Source: a bacterium
GTDB lineage: Bacteria; UBA8248; JACPRG01; G963555815
Direction: 5' to 3'
Assembly: GCA_965261595.1 (NCBI GenBank)
Contig: CBDHDG010000001.1
Location: forward strand, 32,001 to 96,000
DNA: 64,000 nucleotides
Both the position numbers and the translations under genes were made by a program. Each line of letters begins with the position of its first letter. Within the stretch, counting starts at the first letter, position 1. Shown piece after piece: positions 7,852 through 17,729 of the stretch. The notes below the pieces were generated by a model. The model did no database searches. It saw only the letters and a list, made by a program, of their open reading frames with translations, and had not been told where the DNA came from.

Positions 7852-9576
7852 ATTCAAAAGCTCACCGGACAGCTCACAGGCCTGAGACCCCGGCAGATCC
7901 GCGGGCTCGAAGGCCTGTGCCGACGCAAGATCCCCTCCGACCAACTGATCACCTGGGAGACCGCCCGCCTCCTGGCAGAAATCTCCGCCGAGACGGGCCG
8001 GCAGATCGGGCTCCTGATTGAAAGAACCGGACAGATACGCTACGTCATCGTCGGCGACGCCCAGAGCATTTTCATCCCGGACCTCCGCCGGGAGCGCGCG
8101 CGGGGACAAAGGCTGCGCGGGCTGAGGTGCGTCCACACGCACCTGGCGGGCGAGGGGTTGAGCCGTGACGACCTGACCGATTTGGCCCTGCTGCGCCTGG
8201 ACTTGATGGCCGCCGTCACCCTGGACAAAGAGAATGATCCCGTCCTTCCCGGCGAGGTCCATCTCGCCCACCTGCTTCCCGAAAACCCGGAAGACAAGCG
8301 CTGGGAGGTCCTGGATCCCGTCCCGCTGAACGGCCTGAGCCTGGATTGCGGCGCGCTCATCGATGGCCTGGAGGAGGAGTTGACCCGCGTCCAGGGGGCG
8401 CGGGCGAAGATCGACGGGCGGGAGCGGGTCATCCTCGTACACGTCGAGACCGCGAGACAGGCCTCGAAGAACGGCGCCGGCCCGTCTTCCGCTCAACGGG
8501 ACGCCGGCGTTTCCCTGGCGGAGCTGAAAGAGCTGGCCCGAAGCAGCGGCCTCGTCGTTCTCGACACGGTCCGCCAGCGCAGGCCCCGGGCGGACCACCG
8601 GACCGTCCTGGGACGGGGCAAGCTCCAGGACCTGGTCATCCGGAGCCTGCAAGCCGGGGCGGACGTCATCGTCTTCGACCGGGATCTGACGCCGGGCCAG
8701 CTTCGTTCCCTCAGCAACTTCACCGACCTCAAGGTCATCGACCGCAGCCAGCTCATCCTGGACATCTTCGCCCAGCGGGCCAAGAGCCGGGACGGGAAGC
8801 TTCAGGTGGAGCTGGCCCAGCTCCGGTACATGCTGCCGCGCCTGGCGACGCGGGACGGGGCGATGTCCCGGCTGGCGGGCGGCATCGGAACGCGCGGCCC
8901 GGGAGAGATGAAGCTGGAGATCGACCGCCGCCGCGTCCGGGAGCGCATCTCCCGGCTGGAGAAGGAGCTGCGCCATCTCGAGCGGGGGCGCGGCCAGCGG
9001 CGGGCGCTCCGGAAACGGAACGCCCTGCCCATCCTGTCCATCGTCGGCTACACCAACGTGGGCAAATCCACGCTCCTCAACGCCCTGACGAACAGCGGCG
9101 TGAACGCTCAAAACCTGCTCTTCGCGACCCTCGACCCGACCAGCCGGCGGCTGCGGTTCCCGCAGGAGATGGAAGTCATCCTGACGGACACGGTGGGGTT
9201 CATCCACGACCTGCCCAAGGATCTGGTGGCGGCCTTTCGGGCGACCCTCGCGCAGCTCGAGGACGCGGACCTGCTGATTCACGTTGTGGACGTTTCGAAT
9301 CCCGGGTTTGAAGAACAGATGGACGCCGTCCACCGCATCCTGTCCGATCTCAAGCTCGACGGAATTCCGCGGCTTCTGGTCTTCAACAAAGCCGACCTTG
9401 CGGACGCGGTCGCGGTCGAGGCCCTTTGCCGGCGCTTCGACGCCGTTGCCGTCTCCGCCCTCCGGCCGGACACCCTGCCGCCCCTCATCGACCGGGCGCA
9501 ACGAATGCTTTGGAAGACGTTTAAAAAGGCCGAAGCCGGGCCGAAACCCGGCTTCGCCGCCCACGCCTCAAGCTGA
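7852..9576 (+). CDS. hflX: GTPase HflX, long form with N-terminal extension; start uncertain (ATT 7852 or ATG 7801)
   Basis: DRSQLILDIFAQRA, LQVELAQLRY, GGIGTRGPGE, GYTNVGKST, LFATLDPT, DTVGFI, NKAD motifs. Confidence 0.95.
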   Translation: MQKLTGQLTGLRPRQIRGLEGLCRRKIPSDQLITWETARLLAEISAETGRQIGLLIERTGQIRYVIVGDAQSIFIPDLRRERARGQRLRGLRCVHTHLAGEGLSRDDLTDLALLRLDLMAAVTLDKENDPVLPGEVHLAHLLPENPEDKRWEVLDPVPLNGLSLDCGALIDGLEEELTRVQGARAKIDGRERVILVHVETARQASKNGAGPSSAQRDAGVSLAELKELARSSGLVVLDTVRQRRPRADHRTVLGRGKLQDLVIRSLQAGADVIVFDRDLTPGQLRSLSNFTDLKVIDRSQLILDIFAQRAKSRDGKLQVELAQLRYMLPRLATRDGAMSRLAGGIGTRGPGEMKLEIDRRRVRERISRLEKELRHLERGRGQRRALRKRNALPILSIVGYTNVGKSTLLNALTNSGVNAQNLLFATLDPTSRRLRFPQEMEVILTDTVGFIHDLPKDLVAAFRATLAQLEDADLLIHVVDVSNPGFEEQMDAVHRILSDLKLDGIPRLLVFNKADLADAVAVEALCRRFDAVAVSALRPDTLPPLIDRAQRMLWKTFKKAEAGPKPGFAAHASS

Positions 9577-9646
9577 GCGCCCGGTCCTACCAGGGGGACG
9601 CCTCCGGGGCGTCTCCGCTTCGTCTTCCGCCCCCCCCCTCCTCCGC

Positions 9647-10321
9647 CTATCGAGCGGATTCGGCGCCAACCGCCGTGACGCCTTCCAGGTGCGCAATCAC
9701 CTCGTCCATGGGGAGGACATCGGCGTACTTCGTGTTCAGGTCCACGAGGGTGACGTCATGGGAGAGCTGGGAGCGGTCCGCGACGCCCTCGATGGGGACG
9801 ATGACCCGGTAGTTGAGCGAGAAGGCGTCCACGACTGTCGCGCGCACGCACCCGCTGGTCACCATCCCGGTGACGATGAGGGTGTCCGCGTTCTGGTAAA
9901 TCAGGTAGCCGTTCAGCTCCGTGCCGAAGAACCCGCTGGGCTTGGTCTTCCGAACCACGACTTCATCAGGCAGCGGCGCGACTTCCTCGACGATTTCATG
10001 GGCCTTGGGCGACTTGAGCAGGGGGTTGTCGTAGCGGGATTTCCATCGCCCCCTGATGATCTGCTTATCCGCCACAATCCCGCCCGTGTAGAGCACGGGG
10101 ATCTCCGCGTTGCGGGCCGCCTCGAGCAGGCGGCCGATCGCGACGGCGCACGGGCGGCCCGTCTTCTCGCAGGCCAGCGGGTACTCGTCCTCGACAAAGG
10201 CCCGGGTCATGTCCACCACCACCAACGCCGGGCGGTCCCCCCAGCCGATGGGCAGGCCGGTGTGCCCCTTATCGAGAAACTGCAAATCCTCTTCCGAAAA
10301 CAAGCTTGTATCGAGCGCCAT
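9647..10321 (-). CDS. Isochorismatase/cysteine hydrolase family protein
   Basis: ALVVVDM, KTKPSGFFGT, TGMVTSGCVRATVVDA (Asp-Lys-Cys triad). Confidence 0.9.
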   Translation of the reverse strand: MALDTSLFSEEDLQFLDKGHTGLPIGWGDRPALVVVDMTRAFVEDEYPLACEKTGRPCAVAIGRLLEAARNAEIPVLYTGGIVADKQIIRGRWKSRYDNPLLKSPKAHEIVEEVAPLPDEVVVRKTKPSGFFGTELNGYLIYQNADTLIVTGMVTSGCVRATVVDAFSLNYRVIVPIEGVADRSQLSHDVTLVDLNTKYADVLPMDEVIAHLEGVTAVGAESAR

Positions 10322-10566
10322 GGGAATTTCTCCTCTTTCTCCGATCCAAAGGCCTGAACGGTTTCCGGGTCAGCGATTCCACACGCTGGAGATACCACAG
10401 AGTATACAGAAAAAAGAAACACCTTAAAATAGCAAAAAGAGGGGAATGGGCCATTCGAGACCGGCCGGCCGGGCATCCCGCCCAGCCGCGAGCAAACCTC
10501 CGGGTCTCGGCGTGTAAATCTTTTTACGAAGCGCCGCGGTAGGCGAACTTTTCCAGGAGAATCCGG

Positions 10567-11214
10567 TTGGGCGACTCCCTTTGGACGTTTCTGATCAGCG
10601 TTGCGGCCATCTCCCTGACGGGCGTCATGATGCCCGGCCCCGTATCGGCTTCCGCCGTCGCCTTGAGCCGGGACCGGCGCTGGGCGGGCCTCGGCGTGGG
10701 GGCCGGACATTGCCTGGTGGAGGCCCCGGTCCTCGCTCTCCTGTTCTGGGGCGCCAGTTCGATCCTGAAAGACCCCCTGTTCCAACGCGTCCTCGGCGTG
10801 TCGGGCGGACTCGTCCTCGGATGGATGGGGGTGTCGATGATTCGGGGGAGACGCGGCTGGGCGGGCGGCCGGGATGGGGGAGGGGGAGGGGGGGAAGGAC
10901 CGGGCCAACGCCTTGTCCGGGGGCCGATGAAGGCCGGCATCCTGACCAGCCTGGGAAATCCCTATATCTTTCTTTGGTGGGCGACGGTCGGCGCGGGTAT
11001 GGCCGCCCAGGGTGAAAGGTTCGGACTCGCCGGGTTCATCGGACTCGCCGCGGTCCATTGGGCATGCGACCTGGGCTGGGGCGGCGTGCTGGGCCTGTCC
11101 TCCCACGGCATTCTCGGGAGGCTCTCGGCGCGCGGGCGGGCGGCCGTATTCGCGGTCTGCGGCTTGACGCTCCTGATCTTCGGGATTCGGTTCTTCCTGA
11201 TGGGCGTATTCTGA
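10567..11214 (+). CDS. LysE family transporter
   Basis: SLTGVMMPGP, GH..VE, GILTSLGNPYIFLWW motifs; multiple hydrophobic segments. Confidence 0.88.
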   Translation: MGDSLWTFLISVAAISLTGVMMPGPVSASAVALSRDRRWAGLGVGAGHCLVEAPVLALLFWGASSILKDPLFQRVLGVSGGLVLGWMGVSMIRGRRGWAGGRDGGGGGGEGPGQRLVRGPMKAGILTSLGNPYIFLWWATVGAGMAAQGERFGLAGFIGLAAVHWACDLGWGGVLGLSSHGILGRLSARGRAAVFAVCGLTLLIFGIRFFLMGVF

Positions 11215-11286
11215 AGGTCTTCGCAAGCGGGGGCGCATCATGGAGAGAGCATTTCAAGGGTGGACGGCTCTCCCAAAGGCTTCCTC

Positions 11287-11480
11287 GTGTAGTGTCTCGA
11301 AAATGGATTTACATATTGTGACCCGAATTGTTCCTTTCCGGCCGGGCTAGGGGTCATCCGACCCAAACACCCGGCCTACCGAACGGTGGAAACACGGTGT
11401 TTTCAATCCAGGCAGGGCGGGCATCTTGCCCGCCTTCTCCGCGATTTATGAAGAGTCAATTTATCTTGCAGACACTACAC
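11287..11480. repeat. MITE-like element with terminal inverted repeats, between convergent genes
   Basis: GTGTAGTGTCTCGAAAAT at 11287 versus ATCTTGCAGACACTACAC ending at 11480 (11-bp perfect IR, 18-bp imperfect); internal REP-like palindromes. Confidence 0.5.
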
Positions 11481-11508
11481 CGGGCGCCAAGTCCTTGACT
11501 CCGCTCCC

Positions 11509-12522
11509 TCAGGCCGCGGACTCCTCCCCCTCCCGGCCGGCCGCGAGTCGTCCTAGACTCAGATTCTCCTTCCACAAGTACACCAACCCGACCAAGACCA
11601 CCGGCACAAACCCGACGAGGTGGACAACCACGGAGTAGCTGAAGGCCGTCCCCTCGGGCACGCCGTAAAACCACAGCCCGTAGACCGAGGCCGCGTGGAA
11701 CGTTCCCACAAAGCCGGGTGAGGAGGGGAGCATGGCGCCGATCGCCTGCACCACCAAGAGAACGAGCGAGGCGTGCCAGGGCAGGTCCAATCCAAAGGCG
11801 AGGAGCGTAAAGTAGTTCATCCCCAAACCGACACCCCACAGCAAGCCGGTCAGGAAAACCATCATGAGGATCCGACGCCAGGCGGCGGGCAGGTATATCC
11901 CCCGGATGAAGCCCGCCAGGGTGTCCCGGGCCTTCCCCGCGAAACGCCGCGAGATGAGTCCGAGGCAGACATCCAGGACGCGAAGCGTCCGTTCCGGAAA
12001 ATTCCGAAGGAGCGCGAGGAACACGATGATCCCCGCGTAGAGCGCCAGAGAGAGAAAACCCGCCCGGCTCAGCCAGTAAACGGCGTCCCCATCCGGAAAG
12101 GGGACGACCCGGATGGCCGCCACGAGGTAGAGCAGGATCCACAGGCCGTCCAGAAGCCGCTCCACCACGATGGAGGCGAAAACGGCGCTCTTGCTCGTTC
12201 CCTCCCGATGACCGAGACACCAGGCCCGAATGAACTCCCCCAACCGGGCCGGCAGAAGACCGTTGGCCATGAAGCCGATGAAGGTCGCCGACAGGCGCCC
12301 GGCGAAGGAAGAACGCAATTCCTCCCGCAACAGGTAACCCCACCGCCAACCCCGAATCACCATGACCAGCAAGGCGACGCCCACCCCGGGCAGAAGCCAG
12401 CCGTATTGCGCCGTCCGAAAGGCGTCCGCCATTTCCCCGAAATCGGTCCGGTAGAGCAACGCGCCGACGGCGACCACGCTGATCCCGATCCCGATCCAGA
12501 ATTTAAGACGCATCCCGCTCAT
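11509..12522 (-). CDS. Lysylphosphatidylglycerol-synthase TM-region (flippase-like) membrane protein
   Basis: RGWRW, GFMANGLLPARLGE, VVERLLD, PSSPGFVGTFH motifs. Confidence 0.88.
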   Translation of the reverse strand: MSGMRLKFWIGIGISVVAVGALLYRTDFGEMADAFRTAQYGWLLPGVGVALLVMVIRGWRWGYLLREELRSSFAGRLSATFIGFMANGLLPARLGEFIRAWCLGHREGTSKSAVFASIVVERLLDGLWILLYLVAAIRVVPFPDGDAVYWLSRAGFLSLALYAGIIVFLALLRNFPERTLRVLDVCLGLISRRFAGKARDTLAGFIRGIYLPAAWRRILMMVFLTGLLWGVGLGMNYFTLLAFGLDLPWHASLVLLVVQAIGAMLPSSPGFVGTFHAASVYGLWFYGVPEGTAFSYSVVVHLVGFVPVVLVGLVYLWKENLSLGRLAAGREGEESAA

Positions 12523-13444
12523 CCCGGAAAAAGGCCCTCGCGACGCTCACGTCCCCGCGGATCCGCTCCACCAGGTCATCGACCGAGGGAAAGGTCATCT
12601 CCTCCCGCACCCTTCGGCAAAACCGGACCTCCACATCCCGCCCGTAGAGGTCCCCGCTGAAATCCAAGACGTGCGTCTCGATCCCGAGCGTCTCGCCGCC
12701 GAAGGTGGGATTGACCCCGACGTTGACCACGGCGGGATGGAGGACCCCCTCGATGAGGATCCGGGCCACATAGACCCCCTTGGCCGGAACGATCAGGTCC
12801 CCGGGCCGGAGGTTGGCGGTCGGGAACCCGATCTTCGCCCCCCGCTCCGCGCCGCGGATCACCTCGCCCTTTACACTGTACTCCCGGCCCAACAGCCTGG
12901 CGGCCGTCTCCACTTCGCCTTCCCGGACGAGGGCGCGGATCCGCGTGCTGCTCACCACCTGGCCGCCGTCGATTTTCAGCGGACCGATGATGTGGGTTTC
13001 GCACCCCGACCGCCCGCCTTCCCTTTGCAGGAATGCCGCGTCCCCGGTCTTGCCTCTGCCGAAGGTAAAGTTGAACCCCACGACGATCTCGCGGGCCCGA
13101 AGCGTCCGGATGAGGATCTCCCGGACAAAATCCTTCGCCTCGATTCGGGCGAACTCCCGGTCGAAGGGAACAATGAGGGCGATGTCGATCCCCGTCTCCT
13201 CGATGAGCGCCTGTTGGGTCGCCCGGCCGGTCAGGTATTGAAGGCGCCGCTCGGGCTGGAAAAACTGCGCCGGGTGCGGCCAGAACGTCATCACAATGGA
13301 CGTTCCGGAATTCCGCCTTGCGATCTCGGCCGCCTGGGTGAGAATCCGCCGGTGTCCGACATGGACGCCGTCAAAGTTTCCGATCGTCACAACCGGATAG
13401 CGCCAGTCCGCGCGAAGATCGTCGAATCCGTGGGCAATTTTCAT
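12503..13444 (-). CDS. ribF: Bifunctional riboflavin kinase/FAD synthetase
   Basis: TIGNFDGVHVGH, TFWPHP, VSSTRIR, GFPTANL, NVGVNPT, ETHVLDF..DLYG motifs. Confidence 0.96.
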   Translation of the reverse strand: MKIAHGFDDLRADWRYPVVTIGNFDGVHVGHRRILTQAAEIARRNSGTSIVMTFWPHPAQFFQPERRLQYLTGRATQQALIEETGIDIALIVPFDREFARIEAKDFVREILIRTLRAREIVVGFNFTFGRGKTGDAAFLQREGGRSGCETHIIGPLKIDGGQVVSSTRIRALVREGEVETAARLLGREYSVKGEVIRGAERGAKIGFPTANLRPGDLIVPAKGVYVARILIEGVLHPAVVNVGVNPTFGGETLGIETHVLDFSGDLYGRDVEVRFCRRVREEMTFPSVDDLVERIRGDVSVARAFFRDERDAS

Positions 13445-13497
13445 TGGTCGGAAAGAAATGGCCGCATGAAATGCTTGATCAGGACAGGGCCGCCTCA

Positions 13498-13525
13498 TTG
13501 ACACCTGAAATCACTGCTTTAAAAT
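13498..13525 (+). promoter_or_regulatory. sigma70-type promoter for tolC-ruvX-mltG
   Basis: TTGACA-N16-TAAAAT in the divergent intergenic region. Confidence 0.6.
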
Positions 13526-13710
13526 ACCTTCTTGATATACCATCCGCACGTTCAGCCTTCAACCATTCGGGATGGTTGGCGGAGGGATTCATCCGGATCA
13601 TCACTCGGGCCTCCGTGTCGGCCGGGGCGCAGAACCCTGAATTGCACCCATTCAGCTTTGTTGTCGCCCCCCGTCCTCATACGGCCCGAAACCGGGAAAG
13701 GCCAGGGAAG

Positions 13711-15273
13711 ATGATAACGGAATCCCGCGCCATTGCGTTGCCGACGGCCCGGGTGTTTTTCTGCCTGGGCGCCTCGATGACCGCGGCTTCCATGCTCACC
13801 ACAAGCGCGGCCGGCCAGACGCGTCCGGTGATGGGCGGCGTAGCGAAAACCTTGAAACTGTCGCTGGCGAAAGGAGTCCGGCTCGGACTGGCCCGCAACT
13901 TCAGCATCCGGCTCGAACAAATGAATCCCCGCATCCTCGCACAGGACGTCAAGCGGGAAGAAGCCGCGTTTGACGTGATCGGCTTCGGTGATGGAACGAT
14001 CAGCGAATCCTTTACACCATCGAATTCGTCGTTGGCCAGCGTGGAGAGAAACGAAAGCGACTCGCGATCCGTCAACGCGGGCGTCCGGCGCCGCTACCGG
14101 ACGGGAACCGATTACGAGATCACGACCAGCCTGGAACGGAGACGGAACAACGCCGGGTTTATTCAATTCGAGCCGGCCATCGAGCCGACTTTCTCGCTCT
14201 CGGTGACCCAGAATCTCCTCAAGAACTTCGGCCGCCGAGTCAACACCACCGCCATCCGCGTGGCCCGGAACAACCGGCGCATCTCCTCAAGCGTCTTTCG
14301 AGACCGCGTGATCAATGTGGTGTCCGACATCGAAAACTTTTACTCGGAGCTCTTCTTCGCCATCCAGGACCTGGAGGTGAAGAAGAAGTCACTGGCGCTT
14401 GCCCGGAATTTGCTCCGCCGGAACAAGATCCAGGTTGAGGTCGGCTCCCTCGCGCCCATCGAGATCATCCAGGCGGAGGCGAGCGTGGCGACCCGGGAGG
14501 CCGACGTCATCACAGCGGAACGGCAGGTCCGGGACAACGACGACCGCCTCAAGCGGGCGCTGAATCTGCCCAAAAACTTCCGCGCCTGGGACGTCCAAAT
14601 CCTGCCCACGGACACGCCCAATGTCATCCGCCGGGCCCCCGACATCCGAAAGAGTTATGGGATGGCCCTGAAGGACAGACCCGACTACGCCCAGGCCAAG
14701 CTCGACATCGAGAACAAGAACATTCAAGTGAAGTTCGCGAAAAACCAGCTCCTGCCCACACTCGACCTGACCGGGAGCATCGCGCTCAACGGCCTGTCCG
14801 ACGAATTCGGCGAAGCGGTGGACGATTTTGGAAGGGGCGAATTCTACCAGTGGGTGGTCGGGTTCAAGGTTGAATTCCCACTCCGCAACCGGGCGGCCAA
14901 GAGCACGCTGACGCGGCGTAAGCTGGAAACCGCTCAGGCCCTCCTGTCCCTCAAAAACCTGGAACAACAGATCCTCCTCGAGGTGCGCGAAGCCGTACGC
15001 GGCATCCTCACCGCCCAAAAGCGTGTCACGGCCACTCGGGCCGCGCGGGTGCTGACCGAAAGGCAGCTCGGCGCCGAGGAGAAAAGGCTCGCCGTCGGTC
15101 TGTCGACCATTTTTAAGGTCCTCGAATTCCAGGAGGATCTGGCCACCGCGCGGAGCACCGAGACCCGGGCGATCACCGACCAGATCAAGTCCCTGGTCAC
15201 TTTCCGGCGGGTCACGGGCCAGACCTTGACCCATCACCGGGTCCGGCTGGAAAACGTCGGCCAGGGACGCTAA
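13711..15273 (+). CDS. TolC-family outer membrane protein (start approximate)
   Basis: Signal-like N-terminus; SVTQNLLKNFG, AKNQLLPTLDL, EFPLRNR, EEKRLAVGLST helical-barrel repeats. Confidence 0.88.
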   Translation: MITESRAIALPTARVFFCLGASMTAASMLTTSAAGQTRPVMGGVAKTLKLSLAKGVRLGLARNFSIRLEQMNPRILAQDVKREEAAFDVIGFGDGTISESFTPSNSSLASVERNESDSRSVNAGVRRRYRTGTDYEITTSLERRRNNAGFIQFEPAIEPTFSLSVTQNLLKNFGRRVNTTAIRVARNNRRISSSVFRDRVINVVSDIENFYSELFFAIQDLEVKKKSLALARNLLRRNKIQVEVGSLAPIEIIQAEASVATREADVITAERQVRDNDDRLKRALNLPKNFRAWDVQILPTDTPNVIRRAPDIRKSYGMALKDRPDYAQAKLDIENKNIQVKFAKNQLLPTLDLTGSIALNGLSDEFGEAVDDFGRGEFYQWVVGFKVEFPLRNRAAKSTLTRRKLETAQALLSLKNLEQQILLEVREAVRGILTAQKRVTATRAARVLTERQLGAEEKRLAVGLSTIFKVLEFQEDLATARSTETRAITDQIKSLVTFRRVTGQTLTHHRVRLENVGQGR

Positions 15274-15292
15274 CGGCGAGGTCAACGAACCC

Positions 15293-15730
15293 TTGACCGC
15301 GACGGAAGAGGTCGGGCGTATCCTGGCGGTGGACCTGGGGACGAAGCGGATCGGGCTCGCGCTGAGTGACCCCTTGGGGTTGACCGCCCAGCCGATGCCG
15401 ACGCTGAAGGCGGAGGGCTGGGAGGCGGATGTCGCGACCATCGGCCGAATCGCCGCCGAGCGGGGCGCCCAGTCTCTCATCGTCGGCCTCCCGCTGTTAA
15501 TGAGTGGGCGTGCGGGACCCGAGGCCCGCCGCGCGGAAAGCTTTGCAAAAGCCCTTCGGGAAAAGACCCGACTCCCCGTCCGCACCTGGGACGAGCGCCT
15601 GAGCACCGCCGCCTCGGAAAGAAGCCTGATCGAAGCCGGCCGAAGCCGAAAGAAGCGCCGCGCGGCGGTCGACAGCGTGGCCTCTATTCTGATCCTTCAA
15701 AGCTATCTCGATACCATCAACCGCCCATGA
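15293..15730 (+). CDS. ruvX: RuvX/YqgF pre-16S rRNA nuclease
   Basis: LAVDLGTKRIGLALSD, VGLP, WDERLST, VDSVASILILQSYL motifs. Confidence 0.95.
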   Translation: MTATEEVGRILAVDLGTKRIGLALSDPLGLTAQPMPTLKAEGWEADVATIGRIAAERGAQSLIVGLPLLMSGRAGPEARRAESFAKALREKTRLPVRTWDERLSTAASERSLIEAGRSRKKRRAAVDSVASILILQSYLDTINRP

Positions 15731-16764
15731 GCCGACGCCTCAAATTCACCCTCTGGGGGATCGTCAGCCTCGTGGGATTGGCCGGATTCGGCGCCCTGTG
15801 GCTCTCCCTGAGGTTTCACGTTCCCTTTCGCCCGAAATCCGAGACTTGGATCGTGGAATTCGCCCGGGGGACCAGTCTTCGCGGCATCTCCGCCACGCTG
15901 GAGGCGAAGGGCTTCATTCAATCGAGACATCTGTTCACGCTGCTGGCCTGGGTTCGAAACCGGAGCCGCGGCCTCCAGGCGGGGGAATATCGCCTCAGCG
16001 CCTCCATGTCCCCGGCGGAAATCCTGGATGTCCTGGCCCGCGGCGCGGTGGTCCAACACGCGCTGACCATTCCCGAGGGGTACAACATCCGGGAAATCGC
16101 GATGGCTGTGGAACGGGCGGGCGTCAGTCCGGCAAAGGCCATCATGGCCGTCTCGACGGACCCGGCGTTCTTGAGGCGGTTCGGCATCCGGGCGAAAAAC
16201 GCGGAGGGATATCTGTTTCCGGAAACCTATCACTTTCCCCGGAATTCCCCGGCGGGGAAGATCCTGGGCCGGATGGCCGGGACCTTTCGGGAGCGTTTCA
16301 CGGCCGCGATGGTCCGCCGGGCCGAGGCGCTTCATCTCGCCATCCACCAGGTCGTGACCCTGGCGTCGATCATCGAGCGGGAATCCGCGGTGAACGCTGA
16401 AAAACCTTTGATTTCGGCCGTTTTTCACAACCGGCTTCGCCGCCGGATGCGCCTTCAGGCGGACCCGACGGTCCTCTATGCCTTGAATCGAACCGCCGGC
16501 CCGCTGACGAAGGAGGATCTGAAAGTGGCCTCGCCTTACAACACATACCGGATCAAGGGACTCCCCCCCGGGCCGATCGCGAACCCGGGTCTGGCCTCCT
16601 TACGCGCGGCCCTCAATCCGGCGCCGGTGGATTATTTGTACTTCGTGGCGCGAGGCGACGGAAGCCATGACTTCTCACGGACCCTCAAGGACCACGTGGC
16701 GGCGGTCAGGAGATATCGAAAGAATACAGCCGGATCCCCCCGCGCCTCCGGGAAAACAAGGTAG
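15727..16764 (+). CDS. mltG: Endolytic transglycosylase MltG
   Basis: N-terminal TM; TIPEG, EGYLFPETY, LASIIERE, LQADPT, SPYNTY..GLPPGPI motifs. Confidence 0.95.
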   Translation: MSRRLKFTLWGIVSLVGLAGFGALWLSLRFHVPFRPKSETWIVEFARGTSLRGISATLEAKGFIQSRHLFTLLAWVRNRSRGLQAGEYRLSASMSPAEILDVLARGAVVQHALTIPEGYNIREIAMAVERAGVSPAKAIMAVSTDPAFLRRFGIRAKNAEGYLFPETYHFPRNSPAGKILGRMAGTFRERFTAAMVRRAEALHLAIHQVVTLASIIERESAVNAEKPLISAVFHNRLRRRMRLQADPTVLYALNRTAGPLTKEDLKVASPYNTYRIKGLPPGPIANPGLASLRAALNPAPVDYLYFVARGDGSHDFSRTLKDHVAAVRRYRKNTAGSPRASGKTR

Positions 16765-16988
16765 GATGGCAGTCCACGAAAATATAATTGGACCTTGTTC
16801 TTTTGTGTGTGTATTTAAGGTTCTACATTATAATTAACTGTCATGCGCCGCGTGAATCGAGCTTTGGGGTGAACCAACGCTTGAGTAGGAATTTCAATGT
16901 GTTGCATCGGAAACACAATCAGCGCGAATTTACGCGGGGTGACTTCTTCCATGCGGTTTTTCAGCCATTTTGACCGAAGATCCCTTCG

Positions 16989-17729
16989 ATGCTGAAGCGC
17001 CTTAGACATCATATTCGAACGGTCATCGTCGCCGGGCTTCTGGTGATCATCCCGATCTGGGTCACCTTCATGCTCCTCCAGTTCCTGGCAAGACGCCTGG
17101 ATGGGGTGCTGGGGCCGCAGGTCCCCCGGTTTTTCAGTCTCCTGGGTTACCAGGTGAGCGAGATCCCCGGATTGGGGATCATCGTCATGATCGCGGGCGT
17201 CTATATTTTCGGACTGTTCGCGAAAAACCTGTTCGGCCGCCAGGTCGTCAATCTGACCGACCGGGTGTTGGGAAAAGTTCCGATTGTCCGCACGGTCTAC
17301 ATTGCTTCCAAGCAGCTCCTGGAAACCGTGGCGCTTCAACAGGATAACGTCTTCAAGCGCGTGGTCCTGATCGAGTATCCTCGGCGGGGGATGCATTGCC
17401 TGGCCTTTGTCACGTCCGAGGCGAGGGGGGAGGTGCAGGCCGCCACGCAGCGCGACATCCTCAACATCTTCGTCCCCACGACGCCGAATCCGACTTCGGG
17501 GTTTCTCATTTTTCTCCCCAGGGAAGAGGTGATTCCCCTCGACATGAGCATCGAAGAGGGCATCAAGTACGTGGTGTCCGGGGGATTTGTCGTGCCGGCC
17601 TATGCCGGAAAACCCGAGGCCGCCGAACCCGTGATTTCCAATGGAGGGACTTCAAAAGCGGCCCTCCCTCCGACACCCACAAAGCCGGAAACGAGGCCTA
17701 CGGATGGCGAAGAGTCTTCTGCTCGTTGA
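16989..17729 (+). CDS. DUF502 membrane protein
   Basis: Two TM segments; VPIVRTVY...KQ, VLIEYPR, FVPTTPNPTSG motifs. Confidence 0.9.
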   Translation: MLKRLRHHIRTVIVAGLLVIIPIWVTFMLLQFLARRLDGVLGPQVPRFFSLLGYQVSEIPGLGIIVMIAGVYIFGLFAKNLFGRQVVNLTDRVLGKVPIVRTVYIASKQLLETVALQQDNVFKRVVLIEYPRRGMHCLAFVTSEARGEVQAATQRDILNIFVPTTPNPTSGFLIFLPREEVIPLDMSIEEGIKYVVSGGFVVPAYAGKPEAAEPVISNGGTSKAALPPTPTKPETRPTDGEESSAR

